A stretch of DNA of 59,246 bases from a virus (lineage: Duplodnaviria > Caudoviricetes): positions 1 through 59,246 of IMG/VR virus record IMGVR_UViG_3300029309_000034. The stretch is one strand, 5' to 3'. The stretch's first letter is position 1. Each line of letters opens with the position of its first letter. A program made the position numbers and the translations under genes. This document shows positions 9,645-19,202 of this stretch, in pieces. The notes beneath the pieces were generated by a model. That model had not been told where the DNA came from. It was given only the letters and a program-made list of their open reading frames with translations, and searched no databases.

Positions 9645-9982
9645 TGGCTATTAAAGTAAAAAAAAGAGACCCGTTAACAAGAATGATGGATAATACGGCC
9701 TTTATGAGATACTTAAAGAGTCCAGAAGCTCGAAATAGATTTTTGGCTATACCTGGATTAGAAATGGATAAAATCCCTGCTATAAAAAGATTGAGAGAAA
9801 AAAGATTAAAGGAAATGCAAGAAACTTATAAAGATAAAAATAGAGTTAGAGATGCAAGAAAAAAATTTGATAAGGATAAAAAGAAAATTAAAAAGAAAGC
9901 AGGTGGTAGGGTTAAAAAAGTCAAAGCCCATCGTGGTGATGGTATTGCTAAACGTGGTAGAACAAGAGGAAGGATAGTATAG
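9644..9982 (+). CDS. Basic protein with C-terminal RGDGIAKRGRTRGRIV tag
   Basis: TAATG coupling; KKAGG motif precedes the tag. Confidence 0.75.
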   Translation: MAIKVKKRDPLTRMMDNTAFMRYLKSPEARNRFLAIPGLEMDKIPAIKRLREKRLKEMQETYKDKNRVRDARKKFDKDKKKIKKKAGGRVKKVKAHRGDGIAKRGRTRGRIV

Positions 9983-10662
9983 TGGCAGTATCAGGAACAA
10001 CAACATTTAATTTAGACTTAAATGGTATTGTAGAAGAAGCATTTGAAAGATGTGGTGCAGAATTACGTACAGGCTATGACTTACGCACGGCTCGTAGAAG
10101 TTTAAATTTACTTACTGCAGAGTGGGCTAATCGAGGTGTTAATCTTTGGACTATAGAAGAGGCTAGTGTATCTTTAACTGAAGGCACTATAACTTATAAT
10201 CTTCCAGCTGATACTATTGATTTGCTAGAGCAAGTTATTAGAACAGGCACAGGCACTAATCAACAGGACCTTACTATTAGCAGAATATCAGCAACTAACT
10301 ATGCAACCATACCTAGTAAAAACCTTACAGGTAGACCTAATCAAGTATGGATAAACAGACAAGCAGCACAACCGAATATAAATGTATGGCCTACTCCAGA
10401 GGATAATAGCTATACATTTGTGTATTGGGCACTTAAAAGAATAGATGATGCAGGTAATGGTGTGAACACCCAAGATATACCATTTAGATTTTTACCGTGT
10501 TTGATAGCAGGACTTGCTTATTATTTAAGTTTAAAAATACCTGAAGCAGGTGATAGAATTCAATTCTTAAAAGGAGAATATGAAGAACAGTGGGCTTTAG
10601 CTTCTACTGAAGATAGAGAAAAAGCCGACTTAAGAATAGTTCCACGTAAACAACATATATAG
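9982..10662 (+). CDS. Head-tail adaptor / tail tubular protein A-like
   Basis: IVEEAFERCG, LNLL.AEWANRG.NLW, VWPTP, PFRFLPCL.AGLAYY motifs of podovirus adaptors. Confidence 0.65.
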   Translation: MAVSGTTTFNLDLNGIVEEAFERCGAELRTGYDLRTARRSLNLLTAEWANRGVNLWTIEEASVSLTEGTITYNLPADTIDLLEQVIRTGTGTNQQDLTISRISATNYATIPSKNLTGRPNQVWINRQAAQPNINVWPTPEDNSYTFVYWALKRIDDAGNGVNTQDIPFRFLPCLIAGLAYYLSLKIPEAGDRIQFLKGEYEEQWALASTEDREKADLRIVPRKQHI

Positions 10663-10672
10663 GAGATGTCAA

Positions 10673-10951
10673 ATGAAGAAGATGACTAAGGCTGAAGCTA
10701 ATTTTAAACCACACATGATGTATGATAAAAAGTCAGGTAAAGGTGTAAGAGCAGGGACTTTTAAGAAACATCTAGATTTAAAGAAGAAAGGATATGGACA
10801 CACTAAACCAAAAGCTAAAAAGAAAATGATGGCTGGTGGCATGGCTAAGAAAAAAATGATGGCTGGTGGCATGGCTAAGAAAAAAATGATGGCTGGTGGC
10901 ATGGCTAAGAAAAAAATGTATGGCGGTGGCATGGCTAGAAAGAGAAAATAA
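10673..10951 (+). CDS. Basic protein with four KKKMMAGGMA-type repeats
   Basis: AGGAG RBS; FKPHMMYD N-terminal domain plus tandem repeat. Confidence 0.75.
   Translation: MKKMTKAEANFKPHMMYDKKSGKGVRAGTFKKHLDLKKKGYGHTKPKAKKKMMAGGMAKKKMMAGGMAKKKMMAGGMAKKKMYGGGMARKRK
10814..10936 (+). repeat. 30-bp tandem repeat, 4 copies
   Basis: GCTAAGAAAAAAATGATGGCTGGTGGCATG units. Confidence 0.95.
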
Positions 10952-11305
10952 ATGAGTAGTAAGTACGCTTCAGCAAAATACACGATTGCAGAGTGTGATA
11001 GATGTGGTTTTCAATTTAAATTAAATGAATTACAAGACATATTTATAAGAACTACCGAAACAAATATTAAAGTATGTAAAGAGTGTTATGAGCCTGACCA
11101 TCCACAGAATATGCAAGGTATGTATCCTGTAGATGACCCACAGGCCGTTTTAGACCCTAGACCAGATAGAAATTTAGATGAACAAAGAAATTTTCAGTAC
11201 GGTTTTAATCCTGTGGGACTTAACAATCCTTTGGGTTTGGAAGGACTAGAAGATGATTTAGAAGGTGCTGGACAAGTTGGGTCAGTTACCGTAACAATAA
11301 CGTAG
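10952..11305 (+). CDS. Zinc-binding tail-module protein
   Basis: CDRCG...CKECYEPDHPQ. Confidence 0.75.
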   Translation: MSSKYASAKYTIAECDRCGFQFKLNELQDIFIRTTETNIKVCKECYEPDHPQNMQGMYPVDDPQAVLDPRPDRNLDEQRNFQYGFNPVGLNNPLGLEGLEDDLEGAGQVGSVTVTIT

Positions 11306-11314
11306 GAGTATATT

Positions 11315-11482
11315 ATGAATAAAGATAGAAAAGGCGTGAAGCCAACTTATAAACAACCTGAAACTGTTGCTACACCTAATACAGGTGGATATCCTGAGAA
11401 GGACGTAAAGACAGAAGGAGTGGTAACTCGTGGTAACGGAGCAGCTACAAAAGGAACTAAGGCTAGAGGGCCTATGGCATAA
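11315..11482 (+). CDS. 55-aa protein ending RGNGAATKGTKARGPMA (not in ORF track)
   Basis: AGGAG RBS; stop overlaps next ATG; C-terminus resembles the tag of neighbouring basic proteins. Confidence 0.75.
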   Translation: MNKDRKGVKPTYKQPETVATPNTGGYPEKDVKTEGVVTRGNGAATKGTKARGPMA

Positions 11483-12123
11483 TGACATATACGGAGTTAG
11501 TAGCAGCAATAAAGTCTTACACAGAGAATGACTATACTACTACTGATGTAAATACTTTTATTAAAAACGCTGAACAACGTATATTTAATGTCGTGCAGTT
11601 ACCTGACTTACGTAGAAATGTAACAGGAACTATGACATCAGGTAATAAATTTTTTGCTTTACCTAGTGATTGGTTAGCTACTTTTAGTATTTCTGTTATT
11701 AATAGTGATAATGAACACTCGTTTCTTTTAAATAAAGATGTAAATTTTATTAGAGAGGCTTTTCCTGACACTGATTCAGGATTCTTTGGTAAACCTGAAT
11801 ATTATGCTATATTTGACGATGAGACAATGATTTTGGGACCAACGCCTGATGCTAATTATAGTGCTGAATTACACTATTATTTTTATCCTCAAAGTATTGT
11901 TACTGCTGGTAATTCTTGGTTGGGGGATAACTTCGATACTGTATTATTTTATGGTGCATTACTTGAAGCAGCTGCGTTTATGAAAGAAGACCCAGATACG
12001 ATAACTATGTATTTGGGTAGATATAATGAATCTTTACAATTACTTAAAAATTTAGGTGATGGTAAAAATAGAAGAGACGCTTATAGAAGTGGACAATTAA
12101 GGATACCCGTAGGAAGTGGATAA
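11482..12123 (+). CDS. Second adaptor / tail tubular-like protein
   Basis: MTYTEL start, FI..AE.RI, LGPTPD..Y..ELHY, LFYGALLEA motifs. Confidence 0.65.
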   Translation: MTYTELVAAIKSYTENDYTTTDVNTFIKNAEQRIFNVVQLPDLRRNVTGTMTSGNKFFALPSDWLATFSISVINSDNEHSFLLNKDVNFIREAFPDTDSGFFGKPEYYAIFDDETMILGPTPDANYSAELHYYFYPQSIVTAGNSWLGDNFDTVLFYGALLEAAAFMKEDPDTITMYLGRYNESLQLLKNLGDGKNRRDAYRSGQLRIPVGSG

Positions 12124-12403
12124 TAAAGCAGAAATAATACAAGGCGTTGACTATGATGTACAAACTACATCGTATGGTGGCATGACACCAGAGCAAGTAG
12201 CAGAGTTAGCTCTTGCTAAAATAATTCATGTAGGCGAGAACGCTAATCCTTTATTAAAGGAACAAGCACTAGCTTACAAAGATAGCATTAGGCAAGTTCT
12301 AGTGTATTATATGAAACAGGCTATAAAGTCTAATCATACAACCGTAGCGAATAAACTGCGTGAAGCAGGGCATTCAGAATTAACTAAACTTTTGGAGGTA
12401 TAA
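12116..12403 (+). CDS. Hypothetical tail-module protein
   Basis: GTG start overlapping the upstream gene. Confidence 0.65.
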   Translation: MDNKAEIIQGVDYDVQTTSYGGMTPEQVAELALAKIIHVGENANPLLKEQALAYKDSIRQVLVYYMKQAIKSNHTTVANKLREAGHSELTKLLEV

Positions 12404-12404
12404 A

Positions 12405-12851
12405 ATGGCAATTTCACAAGCAATGTGTACATCATTTAAAGTTGAGTTGTTGAATGGTATTCATGCTTTTAGCACAACAGTAGCTCGTGGTGACACATCT
12501 GCTGATAGTTTTAAATTAGCATTATACACTTCATCAGCTTCTTTAGGTGCTGGTACTACAGCGTATACATCATCAAACGAAGTTTCAGGAACAGGATACT
12601 CAGCAACAGGTTCAGCACTTACTGTAGTAGCTCCTACATCTTCTGGGACTACAGCGTTATTAGATTTTAATGATTTGACGTTTTCAACGGCTACAATTAC
12701 AGCTCGTGGTGCGTTAATTTATAACGACACACAAAGTGACAAAGCAGTTGCAGTGTTAGATTTTGGTGGTGATAAAACATCTACAGCGGGAGACTTTACT
12801 ATAGTATTCCCTACAGCTGATGCCTCTAACGCTATTATACGTATAGCTTAG
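12405..12851 (+). CDS. Tail structural protein
   Basis: GGAGG RBS; FKLALYT, ARGALIYN, AVLDFGGDKTST motifs. Confidence 0.7.
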   Translation: MAISQAMCTSFKVELLNGIHAFSTTVARGDTSADSFKLALYTSSASLGAGTTAYTSSNEVSGTGYSATGSALTVVAPTSSGTTALLDFNDLTFSTATITARGALIYNDTQSDKAVAVLDFGGDKTSTAGDFTIVFPTADASNAIIRIA

Positions 12852-12863
12852 TAGGAGTGTTAA

Positions 12864-13376
12864 ATGGCACTTGTTGTAAACGACAGAGTCAAAGAGACTA
12901 CTACCACAACAGGTACAGGGACAGTCACTTTAGCTGGTGCTGTATCTGGGTTTGAAACTTTCGCTGCTGGTATAGGAAACAGTAATACTACATATTATTG
13001 TATTCAACTAGGGTCAGAGTTTGAAGTAGGTTTAGGCACATTATCAAGTGACAGTTCAACCCTAGCTCGTACCACAGTTATATCAAGTTCTAACAGCGAT
13101 AGTGCTGTTAATTTTTCTGCAGGGACAAAGAATGTTTTTTGCACTTTACCTGCCAGTAAGACACCTATACTAGATGCAAGTGGAGACGTAACACTCTCTG
13201 GAACTTTAGAGGCTAGAGAATTAGAGGCATCTAATGGTATAATTGCAAACAGTGAAACAGTTAGTGCTAATTATACTTTTCCTACAAACTATAACGCTAT
13301 GAGTGTAGGCCCAATAACTATAGCAAGTGGAGTAACAGTAACCGTCCCTAGTGGACAAAGATGGGTGATATTATGA
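12864..13376 (+). CDS. Tail fibre proximal/attachment protein
   Basis: DRVKETTTTTGTG start and NAMSVGPITIASGVTVTVPSG.RW end, typical of fibre joints. Confidence 0.7.
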   Translation: MALVVNDRVKETTTTTGTGTVTLAGAVSGFETFAAGIGNSNTTYYCIQLGSEFEVGLGTLSSDSSTLARTTVISSSNSDSAVNFSAGTKNVFCTLPASKTPILDASGDVTLSGTLEARELEASNGIIANSETVSANYTFPTNYNAMSVGPITIASGVTVTVPSGQRWVIL

Positions 13377-14065
13377 CATGTAAAATTAATGCAGATACAA
13401 GTAGTGGACTACAATTAGAATCAGATACAAGTGGTGAAATCGATATTCAATCTGGTGGTAATACAGATTTTAGTATTACTGCGAACAACTTAAATGTAAA
13501 ATCTGGTTCAACCTTAACGATTGATTCAGGTGGCACTATAACCAATAGTGGCACGTTAGGTTCTGGGTTTAAATTAAAACAAACTGTAGCTGATAGTGAC
13601 CATTTAAGTTATACCATAAGTGTTACTAATTCTACTTCAGACCATGCTGGTACAAAAGCTTACTCGATAACACCAACTTCATCCTCAAATAAAATTAAGA
13701 TAGATTTTTTTATACCCCAAGTAAGAAATTCTGCTAATGTTGCTGGGTTACGAATGAGGCTGTATAGACAAATAAATGGTGGCGGTTATTCACATGTAAC
13801 AGCGTTATCAGGTGATGCAGCAGGTAATCGTCTTGCATCTCTTGCAGGTAACTATGACCAAAATGGCGATGGTAATAGGTCAAGTGCTTGGTTTGGTGGA
13901 ACGATTGTTGATAGTCCAAGCACAACAAATCAAGTAGATTATAAATTTTATTTTGGTGCTGGAGACGGCTCTACAACATTATATGTAAATAGAACTCAAA
14001 ACGATGCTGACTTTAATTATACAAGTAGATGTCGTACTCATGTATGTTTAACGGAGATTGAATAA
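13373..14065 (+). CDS. Tail fibre distal/receptor-binding subunit 1
   Basis: ATGA coupling at 13373; ITPTSSSNKI...DSPSTT...LTEI tip motif. Confidence 0.65.
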   Translation: MTCKINADTSSGLQLESDTSGEIDIQSGGNTDFSITANNLNVKSGSTLTIDSGGTITNSGTLGSGFKLKQTVADSDHLSYTISVTNSTSDHAGTKAYSITPTSSSNKIKIDFFIPQVRNSANVAGLRMRLYRQINGGGYSHVTALSGDAAGNRLASLAGNYDQNGDGNRSSAWFGGTIVDSPSTTNQVDYKFYFGAGDGSTTLYVNRTQNDADFNYTSRCRTHVCLTEIE

Positions 14066-14373
14066 TGACAGAAAATGTGTACCCAGGAAAAGACATAGCA
14101 GCAGCTATAAAAGCAATAGACCCTAATGCATCTTTTGTAATGATAGAGGATGATATAGATAACATTGACTGGGTTACTACACCAGTAGCAAAAGATGATA
14201 TTTTAGCAAAAGTAACAGAATTAGAGACTGCTTATAATAATCTTGAGTATGCAAGGAAACGTAAAGCTGAATATCCCTCCATATCAGAACAGTTAGATAA
14301 AATTTATAATGATGGTATTGATGCTTGGAAAGCAGACATCAAAGCAATCAAAGACAAATATCCAAAGGGGTAG
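14065..14373 (+). CDS. Tail fibre assembly chaperone-like protein 1
   Basis: YARKRKAEYPSISEQLD...IKAIKDKYPK. Confidence 0.65.
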   Translation: MTENVYPGKDIAAAIKAIDPNASFVMIEDDIDNIDWVTTPVAKDDILAKVTELETAYNNLEYARKRKAEYPSISEQLDKIYNDGIDAWKADIKAIKDKYPKG

Positions 14374-14376
14374 ATT

Positions 14377-15300
14377 ATGGCAATAACAATACATGGCACA
14401 AAAGGAGATAATACAGATTTACAAACTACAGAATCTAGTGTTGATTTGAATGGCACAGAGTTAATATTGGACGCAGATGGCGACACAAGTATAACTGCTG
14501 ATACAGACGACCAAATTGATTTTAAAGTAGGTGGCTCTGACCTTTTTAAAATGTCAAGTACAGATGGCACTTTTAATTTTGGAAATACAGGAAATTGTAC
14601 TCTAAGTGCTAATGGCAGTAATCAAATCACTTTAAAAGCTGGAAGTGCATCTGGAGATAATATAAAATTTTCAAGTTCTAATGCTGTACAATTAGATATT
14701 TTTAGTACCTCAAATGCAGTAAACCATACAAGAATTGTTGGTTCACTAGCTAATGCTCCTGTATTAATAGAAGGTGTAGGAACTGATAGTAATATAGGTA
14801 TAAGATTAGTACCAAAAGGTGTTGGGACTGTACATATTTCTGGACAACTTACTAAAGATAGTGGTTCATTTAAAATCCCACATCCATTAGAAAGTAAAAA
14901 TAGCTCACATTATTTAGTTCATTCTTTTATTGAAGGGCCACAAGCTGATTTAATTTATCGAGGTAAAGTTGATTTAGCTGGTGGAACAGCTACTGTTAAT
15001 ATAGATACAGTATCAGGTATGACAGCAGGTACATTTGTTGCATTGAACACAGACGTACAATGTTTTACCAGTAATGAAAGTGGATGGACCGCAGTCAAAG
15101 GTTCGATATCAGGAAATATTTTGACCATTACAGCACAGGATAATAGTTGCACGGACACTATCTCATGGATGGTAGTGGGTGAAAGACAAGACCAACACAT
15201 GAAAGAGACTGGTTGGACAGATGAAAATGGTAAAGTAATTTTAGAACCAGAAAGAGAACCAGAAGGCACTGTATTAACTACTGAAGGGTTAGGAGGATAA
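14377..15300 (+). CDS. Tail fibre protein
   Basis: LDADGDTSITADTDDQIDFK fibre segment; C-terminal SFKIPHPL..LVHSFIEGP..YRG domain. Confidence 0.7.
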   Translation: MAITIHGTKGDNTDLQTTESSVDLNGTELILDADGDTSITADTDDQIDFKVGGSDLFKMSSTDGTFNFGNTGNCTLSANGSNQITLKAGSASGDNIKFSSSNAVQLDIFSTSNAVNHTRIVGSLANAPVLIEGVGTDSNIGIRLVPKGVGTVHISGQLTKDSGSFKIPHPLESKNSSHYLVHSFIEGPQADLIYRGKVDLAGGTATVNIDTVSGMTAGTFVALNTDVQCFTSNESGWTAVKGSISGNILTITAQDNSCTDTISWMVVGERQDQHMKETGWTDENGKVILEPEREPEGTVLTTEGLGG

Positions 15301-15879
15301 ATGCCATTAGTAATCAAAGGCAGCAGTTCAGGACAAGTAACGGTTGATGTACCAGCAGCTGCAGGTACTAATACATTAACCTTTCCAGCTGCGACAGGTA
15401 ATATCATAACCAATAAAACTGCTGGAACGATTATACAAGTTGTAAATTTCACCACTGGAGCTTCGGCTACAGGTACAACTCAAATGGTTGGGGATGATAC
15501 TATTCCACAAAATGATGAAGGGGATGAGTACATGACTTTAGCTGTAACTCCAACTAATTCCTCTAATAAATTAATAATAAATGTTAGAGCAAATGTAATA
15601 CATAGTGGTACTGCTGGTTCTCATTACGGAGCTTTGTTTCAAGATTCCACTGCAAATGCTCTTGCAACTGCTTGGGCAGCTAAAAATGCTGCTGCACATA
15701 ACCCTACCATGTTAGTAATAGACCATTACATGACAGCTGGTACAACTAGCGAAACTACTTTTAAATTTAGGTCAGGTATTTCTGTTTCTGGCACTACAAC
15801 ATTCAACGGTGTTTTAGGAGCAAGGTTTTTTGGTGGCTCTTTTGCATCGTCCATTACAATAACGGAGGTAGCAACGTGA
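15301..15879 (+). CDS. Tail fibre distal/receptor-binding subunit 2
   Basis: LTFPAATG.I, G.IIQVV, VTPTNSSNKL...ITITEVA motifs. Confidence 0.65.
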   Translation: MPLVIKGSSSGQVTVDVPAAAGTNTLTFPAATGNIITNKTAGTIIQVVNFTTGASATGTTQMVGDDTIPQNDEGDEYMTLAVTPTNSSNKLIINVRANVIHSGTAGSHYGALFQDSTANALATAWAAKNAAAHNPTMLVIDHYMTAGTTSETTFKFRSGISVSGTTTFNGVLGARFFGGSFASSITITEVAT

Positions 15880-16184
15880 TTACTAATATCTATTATGATA
15901 TAGCTTCCGCTATTTTAGCAATAGACCCAGACGCTAAAGTTAAAGTAAACAATGAAGATATTGATGATATTGAATGGACTAGCTCTGAGATATCAAAGTC
16001 AGATATACAGGCAAAAATAGTTGAACTTAAAGCAGCACATGATGCGTTAGCATACGCTAGAAATAGAGAGCCAGAATATCCATCTATTGGCGACCAACTA
16101 GATGCTTTGTATCGTGCGGGAGTATTTCCTACAGATATGGCAAACAAGATAAAAGCAGTTAAAGACAAATATCCAAAGGAGTAA
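15876..16184 (+). CDS. Tail fibre assembly chaperone-like protein 2 (paralog of 14065-14373)
   Basis: Shares DIA.AI.AIDP, DID.I.W, YPSI..QLD and IKA.KDKYPK with the first copy. Confidence 0.7.
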   Translation: MITNIYYDIASAILAIDPDAKVKVNNEDIDDIEWTSSEISKSDIQAKIVELKAAHDALAYARNREPEYPSIGDQLDALYRAGVFPTDMANKIKAVKDKYPKE

Positions 16185-16187
16185 TTA

Positions 16188-16694
16188 ATGAAATGGTCTA
16201 CTGTAATTATAGTATTAGGATTAGCATGGTTAATGCTGTATGTCACTGATAGTTTTGGAGCAGATACAACCATACGTTACAAAGACCAACCACCACCTTC
16301 AGCTATAGCACCATCGTTGTCTATCGGTAGTGGTAGTGATGTTTGTATAGTGGTGAGAACAGGAGCGATTGGTACGGGAATTTTCTCTGGCTCATTTGCA
16401 ACTCATGTGATTGATAAAAACTGTGAAAGAATAAAATTAAGTAGAAGTCTTGCTCAACTTGGACTGAAGGTATCAGCTACAAGTATCTTGTGTCAAGACG
16501 ATAGAGTTTTTACAGCTATGTTGGCTGCAGGAAGTCCTTGTCCTATAGATGGTTTAGTAGGAAAGGAGGCTAAAAATAAATATTTAGAACTAGGGATTAT
16601 AGATGAGAACAATAATATTGTGGGCTCTCGTGATGCTCTTCGCATCAACATTAGCCAGCCACGCAGACACGACTACGGACAACCTACTCAATAA
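16188..16694 (+). CDS. Secreted Cys-containing protein
   Basis: N-terminal signal peptide; PPPSAIAPS, C..IKLSR, LCQD.RV..AM..AG.PCP. Confidence 0.75.
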   Translation: MKWSTVIIVLGLAWLMLYVTDSFGADTTIRYKDQPPPSAIAPSLSIGSGSDVCIVVRTGAIGTGIFSGSFATHVIDKNCERIKLSRSLAQLGLKVSATSILCQDDRVFTAMLAAGSPCPIDGLVGKEAKNKYLELGIIDENNNIVGSRDALRINISQPRRHDYGQPTQ

Positions 16695-18153
16695 CCCAAA
16701 TTTTACTACTGATACCAGTGGTTGGGAGTTGTCTGATAACAACCAAAACAAGGTTAAAAGAGACCCTGCGACTTACTCTGGTTCTGCATCTAAAAGTGTA
16801 AGGTTTAGATATCAAGGTGGTAGCATTAGTCAAGATGTAGATATATCAGGTGTATCTGAGAATCATTTAATAAAAGAAATAAATATGAATTTTGACTCTA
16901 TAGGCTGTGGCAATACAGGCAGTCAATGGTGTAATGCTGGAGCTGATGATACGGTAGTATCAACCATTACTTTATCAACTGAATCAACATCAGAGGTATT
17001 ATCAGAAACTACAGCTGTGCCATACGAAGATGGATGGGAAAGTTATTCTTTTACTAAAGATGTAACAGGGGATTTTAATACAGACGATACCTCATTAAAC
17101 TTAACAATCACAGGTAATGACACAGGTAATTCTAGTAATTGGTATGGTCCTATTATTGATAATCTAAGTTTATCTTTGACCATAGAAGAGTATGTGGCTC
17201 CTGTGGTAATTGAGCCTATCGTAGTTCAACCAATAATTGAACCTTTGGTAGTTGAGCCTATAGTTGAGCCTATAATAGAGCCGATTGTGATTATTGAAGA
17301 AACTTTGATTGAGGGTTTAACTTTGGACACAGAGATTGTTAATGATGTAATATTACAACCTGTGGCTATTGAAATACCTACATTACCTGACTTACCAGAT
17401 TTACCTGAGGTTAGTGAGATATCTCCTGAAGTTCCTGAGGTATCTGAATTACCTGAAATATCCATGGATATTGAGATACCAGAAATTTCTGTAGATGTAA
17501 GTGAAATATCCATAGAGGTTCCTGAGATTGAGGTCGTTGAGGAAATTCAAGAAATTGAGGTTAGCGAGCCTGTGGTTGAAGAAATCGCTGAAGTTGAGTT
17601 AGAGACTCCAGAAGAATTAAAAGAATCAAATATGGAAGAGGATGTTAAGGAGGGTTCCACAAATGATGAACCAGAAGAAATGGCAGAACAAGAGGCAGAA
17701 ACAGAGACTGAGACAAATGAAAACAGCGAGTTATCAGACTCCAGCGAAGCCGAAGTCAAAAGTGACGAAAGTAAAGTCGTCAAAAAAAGTAAATCTAAAG
17801 ACAGCAAAACTAAAAAGAAAGATGGTGTTAAAAAGGAAACAGCTAAAAATACCCCTAGTAAAACAACTAAAACTAACAAGCCAAAAGCTGTGGCTAAGGT
17901 TAAAAAACCTGCTACAAACGCTGATAACTTAGGACAAATAGATATAACGACTATGGTGTATTTGCAAGTAATACCTCAAACAATTACAATACAAGAAACA
18001 ATCTCATTGACACAGGAGAACATATATGAGCAAGACGTTGGTACTCTCGCCAGCAGTGCTACTTACGATAATCTTATCGGTAGTGCCAGCCGCAGGTGGG
18101 TTCGTATGGTGGATGTCAGACCTAAGCACACGTTTAGTAGCTATGGAAGATAA
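16603..18153 (+). CDS. Secreted protein: carbohydrate-binding-like beta-sandwich, Pro/Glu-rich stalk, Lys-rich segment
   Basis: Signal peptide ending ASHA; NLLNNPNF..GW..ISQ.V..WYGP.ID pattern; long EP/EI-rich linker. Confidence 0.7.
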   Translation: MRTIILWALVMLFASTLASHADTTTDNLLNNPNFTTDTSGWELSDNNQNKVKRDPATYSGSASKSVRFRYQGGSISQDVDISGVSENHLIKEINMNFDSIGCGNTGSQWCNAGADDTVVSTITLSTESTSEVLSETTAVPYEDGWESYSFTKDVTGDFNTDDTSLNLTITGNDTGNSSNWYGPIIDNLSLSLTIEEYVAPVVIEPIVVQPIIEPLVVEPIVEPIIEPIVIIEETLIEGLTLDTEIVNDVILQPVAIEIPTLPDLPDLPEVSEISPEVPEVSELPEISMDIEIPEISVDVSEISIEVPEIEVVEEIQEIEVSEPVVEEIAEVELETPEELKESNMEEDVKEGSTNDEPEEMAEQEAETETETNENSELSDSSEAEVKSDESKVVKKSKSKDSKTKKKDGVKKETAKNTPSKTTKTNKPKAVAKVKKPATNADNLGQIDITTMVYLQVIPQTITIQETISLTQENIYEQDVGTLASSATYDNLIGSASRRWVRMVDVRPKHTFSSYGR

Positions 18154-18367
18154 AATAGCTAGTAGTGATACTGGGTCTTTGAATGATAGATTAACTCAAG
18201 CAGAAGAACGAGTACAGTTCAACAGTGATAACATTGATGATGTTTGGGAAAGTTTTGAGAAACTTGATGCAGAAATGAATAATATGGAAGATGAATTAGC
18301 TGCTTGGATGGAACGAGAGTTAGCTAAAGTATACGATATTATTAATGATAACCCATTAGGAAACTAA
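18026..18367 (+). CDS. Membrane-anchored coiled-coil protein
   Basis: AGGAG RBS; N-terminal hydrophobic helix then acidic heptads. Confidence 0.7.
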   Translation: MSKTLVLSPAVLLTIILSVVPAAGGFVWWMSDLSTRLVAMEDKIASSDTGSLNDRLTQAEERVQFNSDNIDDVWESFEKLDAEMNNMEDELAAWMERELAKVYDIINDNPLGN

Positions 18368-18368
18368 T

Positions 18369-19202
18369 ATGGCATTTGGTATTACCGCCTTTGCTGAAGA
18401 TTCTTTTGCTGCCCTAGGTAGTACAAGTGCTGATGTATCGGTTACAGGTGTAGTTGGAACAACGGCTTTAGGGTCAGAGACAGCCGCAGCTGGTGCTGAT
18501 GTATCAGTCACAGGAGTAGCTGCCACAAGTGCCCTAGGTTCAGTTACTACAGTTGCAAAAGCTAATGTAGCTGTTACAGGGGTAGTTGGTACAAGTGCTG
18601 TAGGGTCAGAGGCAGTAACAGCTGATGCGAATTTTGCAGTCACAGGTGTAGCTGGCACAACGGCTCTAGGGTCAGAGGCAGTCACAGCTGATGCAGACGT
18701 AGCAGTTACAGGAGTGGCTGGTACAAGTGCTTTAGGTTCAGTAACCACAGTTGCGAAAGCAAACGTAGCAGTCACAGGTGTAGCTGGTACAAGTGCTCTG
18801 GGTTCAGAATCAGTAACAGCAGATGCGAATGTAGCAGTCACAGGTGTAGCTGGCACAACGGCTCTAGGGTCAGAGGCAGTCACAGCTGATGCGAATGTAG
18901 CAGTCACAGGTGTAGCTGGTACAAGTGCGTTAGGGACAGTCACTCTTAGAACAGTAAATAATATATTTGTTACAGGGGTAGCTGCCACAGGAGCTGTAGG
19001 TTCAGTTACCACAGTTGCTAAAGCTAATGTATCTGTTACAGGTGTTAGTGGCACTTGTGAAACAAATGTATTTACACTGGTATGGGGCGATATAGATACT
19101 TCACAGACAGCAGGATATTCAGATGTAACCACATCTCAAACACCAAATTATACGGACATAGATACTTCCCAAACAGCAGATTATGAGGATATAGCAGCAT
19201 GA
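18369..19202 (+). CDS. Repeat-rich virion fibre protein (about ten 22-aa repeats)
   Basis: ANVAVTGVAGTSALGS-type units at 66-bp period; 11-aa DIDTSQT repeats at the C-terminus. Confidence 0.75.
   Translation: MAFGITAFAEDSFAALGSTSADVSVTGVVGTTALGSETAAAGADVSVTGVAATSALGSVTTVAKANVAVTGVVGTSAVGSEAVTADANFAVTGVAGTTALGSEAVTADADVAVTGVAGTSALGSVTTVAKANVAVTGVAGTSALGSESVTADANVAVTGVAGTTALGSEAVTADANVAVTGVAGTSALGTVTLRTVNNIFVTGVAATGAVGSVTTVAKANVSVTGVSGTCETNVFTLVWGDIDTSQTAGYSDVTTSQTPNYTDIDTSQTADYEDIAA

Noticed and set aside
18356-19132. Long antisense ORFs (258 aa here; also 10669-10983, 14955-15455, 28213-28665, 30163-30585, 39784-40266)
   Set aside because: Mirror frames of repetitive or codon-biased genes on the other strand, without RBS or motifs
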